From Promethearchaeota archaeon (GTDB taxonomy: Archaea; Asgardarchaeota; Hermodarchaeia; Hermodarchaeales; Hermodarchaeaceae), in NCBI GenBank assembly GCA_048939625.1, contig JBHLPH010000016.1, positions 1 through 47,001 of the forward strand: DNA of 47,001 nucleotides, in the 5' to 3' direction. Below the pieces are notes generated by a model that saw nothing but the letters and a program-made list of their open reading frames with translations, was not told where the DNA came from and ran no database searches. Below are positions 6,600 through 15,670 of this stretch, piece by piece (positions within the stretch are counted from its first letter, which is position 1; the number at the start of each line of letters is the position of its first letter). Made by a program: the position numbers and the translations under genes.

Positions 6600-9494
6600 A
6601 TGATTGACTCTAAGGAAATTGAACCCAAATGGCAAATGCGATGGCGAGAAGCCCAAGCTTTTGATGCGGATCCTAATCCGAATCGTCCTAAGTTCTACCT
6701 GACCGTACCCTATCCCTATGCGAATGCTCCAATGCATGTAGGCCATGGTCGGACCTATACCATTGGTGATGTCCTCGCCCGCTACAAACGAATGAGTGGG
6801 TTCAATGTCCTGTTCCCTATGGCCGCCCATGTCACGGGTACACCTGTCGCTGGTGTTGCAAAACGAATTCATAATAAAGACCCGCAGATTCTAAAGGAAT
6901 ACCGATCAAGCATCGGATATTATCGATCGAAGAAAGATATCGATTCCGTCTTAGCCACGTTTTCTGATCCACTAGCAATTGCTCAGTTCTTTGTAAACGT
7001 CTTTGAAAGCGATTTCCGGAAATTAGGCTATTCCATTGACTGGAGACGAAAATTTACCACTAATGACCCTGAATATCATGCTTTCGTAACGTGGCAATTC
7101 ATCAACCTACAACGATTGGGCTATATCACGAAGGGCCGTTATCCAGTCCTTTATTGTGTGTCCTGTGGCAATGCTGTGGGTGAAGATGATTTACTCAATG
7201 GCGAACAGGCGAAGGTTGCAGAATTTGTAGCGTTGAAGTTTCCCTTTGAAGATGGCTTCTTAATCGCCGCAACACTCCGTCCAGAGACTGTTTATGGTGT
7301 GACCAACGTCTGGATTAATCCCAATGCGATCTATTCTAAAATTCAAGTCGGAGAAGAAATTTGGTATGTAGCTCAACCTGCAGTAAGAAAACTCGTCAAT
7401 CAAGGTCACCACTCAAAACGCCTAGACGAGATTTCAGGTTCAGAATTCATTGGCAAGACCTGCCAATCTCCCGTTGAAGACCGAGAGCTGTTGATCTTAC
7501 CCGCAGAATTCGTCGACCCTGAGAATGCAACCGGAGTCGTTTACAGCGTTCCCTCCCATGCACCTTTCGATTGGGCAGCGCTCCATGATATCCAGAAAAC
7601 CAAAAAAGCCATTCAAGGGTTTAAGCTGGATTTTGATGCCATAAAGTCCATTAAACCGATTTCTATCATCCGCATTGAAGGCTATGGAGAACATCCTGCA
7701 ATTGAACTCGTTGAAAAAATGAAAATCAAAGACCAAAAAGCCACAGCTAGACTGGATGAAGCCACTGACACCCTCTACAAGGCAGAATATTATCAGGGTG
7801 TAATGAAAGAGAACACAGGACCCTTTGCAGGTCGAAAGGTCAGCGAAATCAAAGATGAGGTTATTGCCCTTCTGGAAGAACAAAACCGAGCTTTCAAATT
7901 CTATCAACCTGACCAGAAACCAGTTGTATGTCGCTGTGGAAACGACATTGTGGTAGCTGTGTTACCCGATCAATGGTTCATCAATTATGGGAATCCTGAA
8001 TGGAAAGCAAAAGCTACGAAAGCGTTAGAGCAAATGTTCATTTATCCCGAGATGTACCGCAAGTTATTCGAATCAACCTTTTCTTGGCTAAAAGAACGCC
8101 CAGCAGCACGCAAACGGGGTTTGGGTACACGACTGCCATTTGACCGCAAATGGGTGATTGAATCCTTATCTGATTCAACAATCTACATGATCTTCTACCT
8201 AATCATCAATCACATCAGATCCAATCAAATTACTGCCCAGCAATTGGACCTGTCCTTCTTTGATTATGTCCTTTTAGGTAAAGGATCCATCGACACAGTT
8301 ACTGAAAAAACAGGCATCTCAGAGGAAATATTAACTGCAATGCGAGAGGAAGTCGAATACTGGTATCCTAACGATCAACGCCATACAGCGGTCGCTCATA
8401 TTCCAAACCATCTTTCCTTTTTCATTTTTCACCACGTAGCCTTATTTCCCGAGAAATATTGGCCGAAAGCCATTACGCTCAACGAATTTGTAATTCGTGA
8501 GGGCGAAAAGATGAGTAAAAGCAAAGGGAACTTCATTCCAATGGCTGAAGTACCTAAACGGTATGGCGCTGATCTCTTTCGATTGTATATCAGTCAAATT
8601 GGAGACTTGCAATCACTGGTTGATTGGAAGGAGAAAGATGTCACGAATGTTCAACGACGTGTCACACGCCTAACCCGAATACTAGAAGACGCCGCGAAAA
8701 TTCCGGAAACCGATTTGGAAGTATCAAAATTAGGCATGATGAGTCGTTGGATTTTATCAAAAATCAACACAACCATCCGCGATGCCACGGCCTCGCTAGA
8801 CCAGCTGAAAATTCGTAACTATGCATTACTAACATTCTTCCAATTACTAGGTGATGTCGAATTCTACATTCGTCGCATGAAAGATTCTGGTCAAGAACGA
8901 CACGCAGTCTTACGGTATGTTGTGACACGATGGGTGAAACTGCTAGCCCCATTAATGCCCCATCTAAGTGAGGAAATCTGGGAACGACTAGGGAGTATAT
9001 CATTTGTTTCCTTAGAATCATGGCCAACAGCAGACGATCAACTAATCGATGAAAAAATCGAGAAAGCAATGGATGTGGTCTTGCACACCATTTCAGATAT
9101 CAAAGAGATCAAAAAACTCCTGAAAGGCAAAAAAGCTACAACAGCCCACATTTTCATCAGTCCTAAATGGAAATACGATGCAATGAAGAAGGTCATCAAA
9201 GCCAACGCAGCACCAACAGTCAAAGATTTGATGCCTATTTTGATGAAAGATTCTAAATTGAAAAAGCGAGGAAAGGAGGTTAACGAATTTGTCCAAGCCA
9301 TTGTGAAAGCTGGAGGCTTTTGGACCTTCGTTGACAAACCAACTGAAAAGAAAGCCATTGAAGAAAACCGTGACCTTATTCAATCCGAAACTGGTTTTGA
9401 CGTGAATGTCCAAGATGGAGATAAGCCAATTACGGACCCAGAGAATCGAGCTCCAAAGGCTTTACCAGGTCGTCCAGCCCTGTTTCTCGAATAA
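6600..9494 (+). CDS. leuS: Leucine--tRNA ligase (archaeal/eukaryotic type)
   Basis: PYPY.N...HVGH, IDWRR.F.T, ATLRPET, TGVV.SVPSHAP.D editing motifs, WVIESLSDSTIYM, KMSKS. Confidence 0.97.
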   Translation: MIDSKEIEPKWQMRWREAQAFDADPNPNRPKFYLTVPYPYANAPMHVGHGRTYTIGDVLARYKRMSGFNVLFPMAAHVTGTPVAGVAKRIHNKDPQILKEYRSSIGYYRSKKDIDSVLATFSDPLAIAQFFVNVFESDFRKLGYSIDWRRKFTTNDPEYHAFVTWQFINLQRLGYITKGRYPVLYCVSCGNAVGEDDLLNGEQAKVAEFVALKFPFEDGFLIAATLRPETVYGVTNVWINPNAIYSKIQVGEEIWYVAQPAVRKLVNQGHHSKRLDEISGSEFIGKTCQSPVEDRELLILPAEFVDPENATGVVYSVPSHAPFDWAALHDIQKTKKAIQGFKLDFDAIKSIKPISIIRIEGYGEHPAIELVEKMKIKDQKATARLDEATDTLYKAEYYQGVMKENTGPFAGRKVSEIKDEVIALLEEQNRAFKFYQPDQKPVVCRCGNDIVVAVLPDQWFINYGNPEWKAKATKALEQMFIYPEMYRKLFESTFSWLKERPAARKRGLGTRLPFDRKWVIESLSDSTIYMIFYLIINHIRSNQITAQQLDLSFFDYVLLGKGSIDTVTEKTGISEEILTAMREEVEYWYPNDQRHTAVAHIPNHLSFFIFHHVALFPEKYWPKAITLNEFVIREGEKMSKSKGNFIPMAEVPKRYGADLFRLYISQIGDLQSLVDWKEKDVTNVQRRVTRLTRILEDAAKIPETDLEVSKLGMMSRWILSKINTTIRDATASLDQLKIRNYALLTFFQLLGDVEFYIRRMKDSGQERHAVLRYVVTRWVKLLAPLMPHLSEEIWERLGSISFVSLESWPTADDQLIDEKIEKAMDVVLHTISDIKEIKKLLKGKKATTAHIFISPKWKYDAMKKVIKANAAPTVKDLMPILMKDSKLKKRGKEVNEFVQAIVKAGGFWTFVDKPTEKKAIEENRDLIQSETGFDVNVQDGDKPITDPENRAPKALPGRPALFLE

Positions 9495-9497
9495 AAG

Positions 9498-9689
9498 TTA
9501 GGCAATTCGGCGTCCGAATTGTTTCGAAGATTCAGCCATCTCGTTAATAGGAAATTCATGTTGGCAACGAGGACATTTGGCATACCCACAATTACCCATT
9601 GTCGCCGAGGGACAATCGCCACAAGCCATAACTCGCCCATAGCTTGTATCAAATTGGAAGCCACATTGAGGACACTTAACAAGGGTCAT
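9498..9689 (-). CDS. Small Cys-rich zinc-finger protein
   Basis: 63 aa with CPQC, CGDC, C and CPRC (7 Cys). BRE/TATA-like CCGAAAACCTTTTTTAAA upstream at about 9721-9738. Confidence 0.75.
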   Translation of the reverse strand: MTLVKCPQCGFQFDTSYGRVMACGDCPSATMGNCGYAKCPRCQHEFPINEMAESSKQFGRRIA

Positions 9690-9742
9690 TTGGATTCAAC
9701 TGCGGCATCCTTCCCGAGCCTTTAAAAAAGGTTTTCGGACTG

Positions 9743-10813
9743 TTAGTCCTGCGCTCGCGTACATCGAATGAGGAGTACAAGTTCAAGGATAACAAGAATT
9801 CCGAGAATTGCAGCAATGATGATCACAGGCATACTGATGGTGAGGAAATTAGCGGCAGGGGGGAGCCCTCCACTGACTCCAGTAGCGATGACTCCCGTAT
9901 TATAGGCCATGAGCCCGACATAATCTTCGAGTGCTGAAAAAATCACCCGAACCCATACAATTGGAACCCCTGAATCCGAAGACAGTTGTTGGGCAAACTC
10001 ACCAGCCGCTTGAAGCTGAGCCACATCAGACGCTAAAATTAGACTAATTGACCCATTTTGTAGTGCTTGTTCAACTTCAATAAGCTCAAGGCCCGTAATG
10101 AAAACATTCTCATCTTCCATAAGGAGCCCCTTTACTTGGAGTCCTAAAGTTGCAGCGATGTAGGCTTCAGCGGGAAAAGTGATGATGACCTTCAACGACG
10201 ATAGCTGGTGAAGGGCATTTTGTTCGGATATGAAAGCCTCAAGTTCAGCAACTTTAGAAACAAACTCGGAGAATCGGCTTTGCCAGTACTGGGAATATGT
10301 GGAGTTGAGTAAGCTACACAGGTTTCGAGTTGCATTGGCAATCGCTATCGCGTTTTGAGGTAAGAGCCAGTAACCATGGAGATTTTCGTTGCCTTCAGGC
10401 TGTAGTATACTTCCTGAAGTCTGTTGCTTTGAGAGTCCATGACCATGCAGCGGGAGTAATGTCGCCCCAAAGGACTGATAATCTTCGAGTGTAATGTATG
10501 GTTTTCCAACCTGTGTGGCGAGATCTTCTTCCCATGCAAAATGCCCCGTCAGAACGAGCATATCAGCAGCAGTAGCTGTATCAATAATCGCTTGCGTGAG
10601 AGTAAAAGCATGAGGTTCAATTCCCTCAGGAAGCAGAATGGACACCTCAGCTTGGGTCCCAGCAACTTCACGGACGATTCCACCCAATGGTTGAATCGAT
10701 ACAGCAATTTGAAGAGCAGGAGTTGATTGGGCGAAAGACGGTGAGAGGAATCCCACTGTCCCTGCACTGACAATCAGTAACCCAAGTAAACATACTATGT
10801 GAGCCTGGCGCAT
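9743..10813 (-). CDS. znuA: Zn/Mn ABC transporter substrate-binding protein with C-terminal membrane anchor
   Basis: Signal peptide, SIQPL..IV.EVAG, LLP.G.EPH.F, NLHGYWL.P.N and a C-terminal hydrophobic helix; start set to ATG 10813. Confidence 0.88.
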   Translation of the reverse strand: MRQAHIVCLLGLLIVSAGTVGFLSPSFAQSTPALQIAVSIQPLGGIVREVAGTQAEVSILLPEGIEPHAFTLTQAIIDTATAADMLVLTGHFAWEEDLATQVGKPYITLEDYQSFGATLLPLHGHGLSKQQTSGSILQPEGNENLHGYWLLPQNAIAIANATRNLCSLLNSTYSQYWQSRFSEFVSKVAELEAFISEQNALHQLSSLKVIITFPAEAYIAATLGLQVKGLLMEDENVFITGLELIEVEQALQNGSISLILASDVAQLQAAGEFAQQLSSDSGVPIVWVRVIFSALEDYVGLMAYNTGVIATGVSGGLPPAANFLTISMPVIIIAAILGILVILELVLLIRCTRAQD

Positions 10814-10863
10814 AGATACCACCTTAATCGCATGAGGAGAAGTTATTAAGTTCTTAGGCAAAT

Positions 10864-10909
10864 GTTAATAATCCCGAATATTAATAATCTTTCTGGTATT
10901 TTTATTAAC
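10864..10909. promoter_or_regulatory. Putative operator in the divergent znuA / regulator-znuCB promoter
   Basis: TTAATAATC occurs twice (10865-10873, 10881-10889), with an inverted half-site TTATTAAC at 10902-10909. Confidence 0.4.
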
Positions 10910-10931
10910 CAAAACTCTTCGTGGTGCTTAA

Positions 10932-11324
10932 ATGCCAATTATCAGTATTTCACTCAATATCCAGGAATTGAATGCGCTCGATCGCCTACAAACCGTAGGA
11001 GGTTTTGCTAACCGATCAGAGTTACTTCGTCAAGCCGTACGCACTCTAGCCAATGAGATGCAAGACCTAGAAGAAGCCTCAGGGAAAATCTCTGCAGTGT
11101 TAACAATTGTATATGGGAAAAAAGGGAAAGGCATCGAGAGCAATTTTCTGCTTCACCGTCAAGCAGCCATCATCGATGCATTACTCCATTCCCACACAGT
11201 AAACGGAGAGTGCATAGAGGTTATTGTGGTGAATGGTCAGGCCCAAGATATTCGCGAACTAGTGAAGTCCTTGAAGGGTAATCGGAAAATCGTCATGGTG
11301 AAAGTGGCGATTATAGGAGAGTAA
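10932..11324 (+). CDS. NikR/CopG-family ribbon-helix-helix metal-responsive regulator
   Basis: IISISL...LD.....GF.NRSELLR.A RHH domain and an ACT-like C-domain with H...LHSH..G.C.EV. Confidence 0.88.
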   Translation: MPIISISLNIQELNALDRLQTVGGFANRSELLRQAVRTLANEMQDLEEASGKISAVLTIVYGKKGKGIESNFLLHRQAAIIDALLHSHTVNGECIEVIVVNGQAQDIRELVKSLKGNRKIVMVKVAIIGE

Positions 11325-11330
11325 CATCAG

Positions 11331-12137
11331 ATGGCAGCAACCCCTTTAATTGAAGCACAAGACCTTGAAGTAAAATATCCTGACGGGGACATTGCGCTTA
11401 CCAATGTCACTTTTTCGATTGATGCACCAACCTTCATGGCGATAATTGGCCCAAACGGTTCAGGAAAAACGACATTAATCAAAACCATGCTGGGGATTTT
11501 GAAACCGACAGAAGGATTCATTCATGTTATGGGATTCGATGCAAAGCGAGAGTATAAAGAAATCCGCCGAATGGTTCGATACGTTCCTCAGCGGGACCAA
11601 ATTGAAGCCACCGTGCCCATGAAGGTAAAAGACATCGTATTAATGGGACGCCTATTGAAAAAACCACCCTTGCGCATAGCGTCGGGAAAAGATATCAAAC
11701 TAGCCAAGGATGCGTTACGGAGAGTGAATTTAGAAGAGCTGTGGAACCAACCCTTCCCTGAATTATCTGGGGGGCAAAGACAACGGGTCTTGGTAGCACG
11801 GGCAATGGCTACAGAGGGCGAAATTATGATGCTTGATGAACCTATGTCGGGAGCCGATCATGATAGTCAAGTTCAGATTGTTGAAGCTCTCAAGGAATAC
11901 TACGAAGAACATGAGGTTAACATCATCATGGTAACACATGATTTGAATCCAATTCACACCGTGGTAAAAGACGTCTTAATGTTGAATCGTACCGTGATGG
12001 GAGTTGGCCATCCCTGTGCGCTCATGGATTTAGAACTCTTGAAAAAAGTGTACGGTCCGACTGCAAAGATAGTGGAGTTGGCTGGGCACAAGTATTGTAT
12101 CACACATGACTCGGGGTTTGATCGGCATGGTCATTAA
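11331..12137 (+). CDS. znuC: Metal ABC transporter ATP-binding protein
   Basis: GPNGSGKTT, YVPQ, LSGGQRQR, LDEP, VTHD; His/Cys-containing tail. Confidence 0.92.
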   Translation: MAATPLIEAQDLEVKYPDGDIALTNVTFSIDAPTFMAIIGPNGSGKTTLIKTMLGILKPTEGFIHVMGFDAKREYKEIRRMVRYVPQRDQIEATVPMKVKDIVLMGRLLKKPPLRIASGKDIKLAKDALRRVNLEELWNQPFPELSGGQRQRVLVARAMATEGEIMMLDEPMSGADHDSQVQIVEALKEYYEEHEVNIIMVTHDLNPIHTVVKDVLMLNRTVMGVGHPCALMDLELLKKVYGPTAKIVELAGHKYCITHDSGFDRHGH

Positions 12138-12978
12138 TGCCTTATTGGCAATTTTGTCTTCACCGATAATCCAGCGGGTTCTTCTAGCTTCGGTGCTGAT
12201 TGCAGTCATTGCAGCTACTACGGGCACTTTTATGGTATTCAGAGGACTATCATTTCTCACTGCGGGGGTTGCTCATGCAGCCTTAGGTGGCGTTGCTTTA
12301 GCATTGTTTCTCCGAGCAACTGGAATTGCCCCTTGGTTCGACCCAATACTTGGCGCAGTCGTATTTGCCGTATTTGTCGCTGTAATGACAGCTTATGCTG
12401 GGGAACGTGGAATTGCACAGAAAATGGAAGTAGCCGTCGGTGTATCGTTTGCTCTTTCCATGAGTATTGCGGTTCTCCTCATGTATTATTTGCCTCCAAC
12501 TATGGTTCCAGTTATCTGGGATTATCTGGTGGGAGACATCCTTCTCCTTGATGACCTTGATATTATCCTCCTCCTGGGCGTCGCATTTTCCCTCATTATC
12601 CTATTCATCTTATTCAAAAAAGAATTTGTCTATGTGAGCATTGATATGGAGGGATCTTCAGCACATGGAATGCATGCCCGAGGTTATAATTATCTGATGT
12701 TAATTTTCGCGGCAGTAGCAATTGCTTTAACCATTAAGGCAGTCGGAGCAATCCTTGTGTATGCGATTCTAATCGCGCCTGCCGCCGCCTCCAATGAAAT
12801 AATGAAAACTGTCAATAATGTCATAATTGGCACCTTTCTAATAGCATTGGTTGCAATGCTTCTTGGCCTTGCTGGCTCATTTCCAATCTTTGCCTCACCA
12901 AGCGCCCTAGCTGGAATCATAGCAGCCCTGTCCTACATCATTGCAATCCAATTCAAACGATACAAGCGCTCCAAATGA
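12127..12978 (+). CDS. znuB: Metal ABC transporter permease
   Basis: G.F.V.RGLS.L..GVAHAALGG, YL.GDIL, KAVGAILV.A.LIAPAA; overlaps the znuC stop. Confidence 0.92.
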   Translation: MVINALLAILSSPIIQRVLLASVLIAVIAATTGTFMVFRGLSFLTAGVAHAALGGVALALFLRATGIAPWFDPILGAVVFAVFVAVMTAYAGERGIAQKMEVAVGVSFALSMSIAVLLMYYLPPTMVPVIWDYLVGDILLLDDLDIILLLGVAFSLIILFILFKKEFVYVSIDMEGSSAHGMHARGYNYLMLIFAAVAIALTIKAVGAILVYAILIAPAAASNEIMKTVNNVIIGTFLIALVAMLLGLAGSFPIFASPSALAGIIAALSYIIAIQFKRYKRSK

Positions 12979-13082
12979 CACAACACAGTAATTCTTCAAA
13001 AAAATTCAACTTTACGTATAAAATCGGTGTTACCACGATTTATTAGCGACGCCACCTGTTGGTTCTTTGGAGAGACGAGTCC

Positions 13083-13856
13083 ATGTCATCGAATTCTGAT
13101 TATGCCCAAGGAATCGTTCTCATTAATGGTCGCGCATATCCCGCAAAAGAAGTGCTCCAAGCCTTGGAACGCCAAGCCATGACATCACTACGTGCCGTGG
13201 GAGACGAGTTATGGATTGGCAAGGAGCGAGTGCGCCCATTGGCTAAAACCACACCTGAACAAGCCATGAAATTAACCTGCTATGGTAGTCTTGCTTTTTG
13301 TTGCGATTTAACTCGTGACTGTCATCTTAGGGACCAAGCCTTGGAATTACTCGGAATTTCAAAAGAAGAGTATCACGAAATCCAACGAGACTGCCACCAG
13401 CAATTCTTACGGTATGGAGAACGCCGGTGGCCACAGGAACAATATCGTGCATCGGAAGCTGACTATTCTCGATCGCATACTTTTTCCGATGACCATACCC
13501 CACATGAATCCTTTGAGGCTTGGCGAGAACGGACATCAGCTAGTAGATATGGAAGTAGTCAAGAAGTAACCAAATCATCGAGTGCGAGTTCAGACAGTAA
13601 TGTAGATCTGGGCGGACTTTTTTCAACACCAGAGGAATATAGTTCACGAGTCTTAACCGACCCAGATCCCTTCTCTGGGATAGCAAGCCGTGGATCCGAG
13701 CCTTCAAGCAGTTACTCCCATGACACGTGGTATTCCTCTGCTGGAAGTGCTGCAACCTCGCCTCACACGACTGCACAGGGTTTTTGTATCTATTGTGGTA
13801 CCGATCTCCGAGAGGATAGTGAATTCTGCAGTCGCTGTGGGCGGAGCCAAAAATAG
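13083..13856 (+). CDS. Hypothetical protein: Cys cluster (methanogenesis-marker-9-like), Ser-rich linker, C-terminal zinc ribbon
   Basis: CYGSLAFCC-x5-C.LRD.AL..LG.S.EEY and a terminal FCIYCG-x8-FCSRCG; start set to ATG 13083. Confidence 0.75.
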   Translation: MSSNSDYAQGIVLINGRAYPAKEVLQALERQAMTSLRAVGDELWIGKERVRPLAKTTPEQAMKLTCYGSLAFCCDLTRDCHLRDQALELLGISKEEYHEIQRDCHQQFLRYGERRWPQEQYRASEADYSRSHTFSDDHTPHESFEAWRERTSASRYGSSQEVTKSSSASSDSNVDLGGLFSTPEEYSSRVLTDPDPFSGIASRGSEPSSSYSHDTWYSSAGSAATSPHTTAQGFCIYCGTDLREDSEFCSRCGRSQK

Positions 13857-13910
13857 GAAGAACGAATGGCTTACATTAAAAATAGATATTACTTAGTTTT
13901 GGGGTATGAG

Positions 13911-14543
13911 CTAGCCTTTTTTCGCGAGTTTGCGTAGAGTGTCGATTTGTTTCGTGAGCTTATCTAAGTCCTTTTTCCAGCGTTGAATTTTCTCTATGTC
14001 AGCTTCAGTCTTATCGCCACTGACTGCTTCGAAATCTGAAATGCGTCGTTCCAGTTCGAGAGCACGACTGCTTAATCCTGCGATTCGCGCATGCACTTCC
14101 GGTGTAGGTGAAACGATTTCAAGCAAAGTTTTAACCGTAACGCGAATCTCTTCAAGAACGGTGGCTAGCTGCGTCATTGTTTGCCGAATAGAATGAAGGC
14201 TTTCACTCACAAGGGTACTCGATTCTTCAGTCGGACCCTTTCGACGGATAAGAAATAGCCGCACCTTGGAGAGGATATCAAAATATAGTTGAATTAGTTG
14301 CTCTTCATCACGGAACCAAGCTGTAAGCGGGTTCCATTTGGAAACCAGCCCGTACAACCCTTCAAGTTCTTGACTAAGTTGTTTGGATTCAGCGCTATCT
14401 TCGGCCTGAATGGCAGCTTTAATTTGAGGAATGAGGGAGATTATCTCGGCCTTTGCTTTGACCTCTTGGGCAGTAGCGATATCTGATCCCATGAGTTGAC
14501 GATATAATTCTTCAAGCCGTTGAACGCTTTCGATTTCGCTCAC
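13911..14543 (-). CDS. Hypothetical helical/coiled-coil protein
   Basis: 210 aa charged alpha-helical ORF filling the gap; no recognised motif. Confidence 0.7.
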   Translation of the reverse strand: MSEIESVQRLEELYRQLMGSDIATAQEVKAKAEIISLIPQIKAAIQAEDSAESKQLSQELEGLYGLVSKWNPLTAWFRDEEQLIQLYFDILSKVRLFLIRRKGPTEESSTLVSESLHSIRQTMTQLATVLEEIRVTVKTLLEIVSPTPEVHARIAGLSSRALELERRISDFEAVSGDKTEADIEKIQRWKKDLDKLTKQIDTLRKLAKKG

Positions 14544-14595
14544 ACCAATTCAAATCCTCAACTTAGTAGTACTCGAATCTATGGAACTTGTGTGA

Positions 14596-15615
14596 TTACC
14601 AACCTAGCCCTAATCGGATTTCTCGTAGCGATTGATAGGTAGTGGGATAACCGAGCATCGTATAAATGCCAGTTATCTCTGTGGCATCTGCGAGGGATTT
14701 CGCGCGGTTATACTCCGATTCATCCTCGAGAACCCAATGAGACATACTAAACTCAACCCCCGATTTATTAAGAGAGTTGATAAAGGAGAGATTTTCAACA
14801 TAATCGGTAAAGTCTTTTGATCCTGGGTCTGGCAGGATTGGGGTCCATGGAAAGACTTCGATTGCAAGATGCTTACTCAGTTTAGCAATTGTTTCAAGAT
14901 CCAGACCCAGATTTGTACGTGTACCAGCCACATACCCACTTTCGGAATCTATCGGATATGTTGGTATCACCTTTAGGTCGGGTTTTACTTCCTTGGCAGC
15001 GGTTACCAGTTGTTGGATTGTTTTCGACGTTTTTGCTACCCGCCATTCAATCCATTGGTTATATAATGCTGGATTGGCTGAAGGGTCTGCGATTTGAAAG
15101 GTGTGCCGGAGATCAGCATACTCTGAGAATTCGTTACGACAATCGTTGCAATAGCAGTAACTGGCGTGGGCGTATCCGAGGTTGCCCAAGAAGAGGGTTT
15201 CAATGGGGTTTTCTGCCACCTCTTTGATAACCGTCACCATATGCTTGATAAACGCTGGTTTATTCGGACAGACGAGGTTGTTTAGAGGTTGCCCGTCAGC
15301 CGTGAAGGTCTTGAATTCTTGATCTGCAGCAAAAAAGGCATCCGCAAACACGTTTAGGTATGCGCCTGTACGGATTCCCACAGCCTCGGTTGTATCGACG
15401 AATTCATCAAAGAAAGTGGGGAATTCTTCATCTGCGGGTGCTACTTTGCTGGAATAAAATACTTTGCCAGACATATCCTTTGCAACAGCGACGACGTACT
15501 CAAGGTATCCGCCATAGCTGGCAAAAAAGTCGTCAAGACTAGTTTTCAGTCCGCGAGGATCCACAATGAGTGAAACCCCCCGGGTTAGGAGGTCCCGTAT
15601 CTCCACAGTTTCCAC
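14596..15615 (-). CDS. Glycoside-hydrolase-like TIM-barrel protein (GHL6/GHL10/GH42-like)
   Basis: AKD..G..FY.S, G.R..AY..VF.D, CPN.P, CYC..C...F, W..WR, KP, G.D...IA motifs. Confidence 0.65.
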   Translation of the reverse strand: METVEIRDLLTRGVSLIVDPRGLKTSLDDFFASYGGYLEYVVAVAKDMSGKVFYSSKVAPADEEFPTFFDEFVDTTEAVGIRTGAYLNVFADAFFAADQEFKTFTADGQPLNNLVCPNKPAFIKHMVTVIKEVAENPIETLFLGNLGYAHASYCYCNDCRNEFSEYADLRHTFQIADPSANPALYNQWIEWRVAKTSKTIQQLVTAAKEVKPDLKVIPTYPIDSESGYVAGTRTNLGLDLETIAKLSKHLAIEVFPWTPILPDPGSKDFTDYVENLSFINSLNKSGVEFSMSHWVLEDESEYNRAKSLADATEITGIYTMLGYPTTYQSLREIRLGLGW

Positions 15616-15670
15616 CTACAAGATTTACTATAAGAACTGTGGATGGATGCCTCAATAAAGTTGTCGTCAG

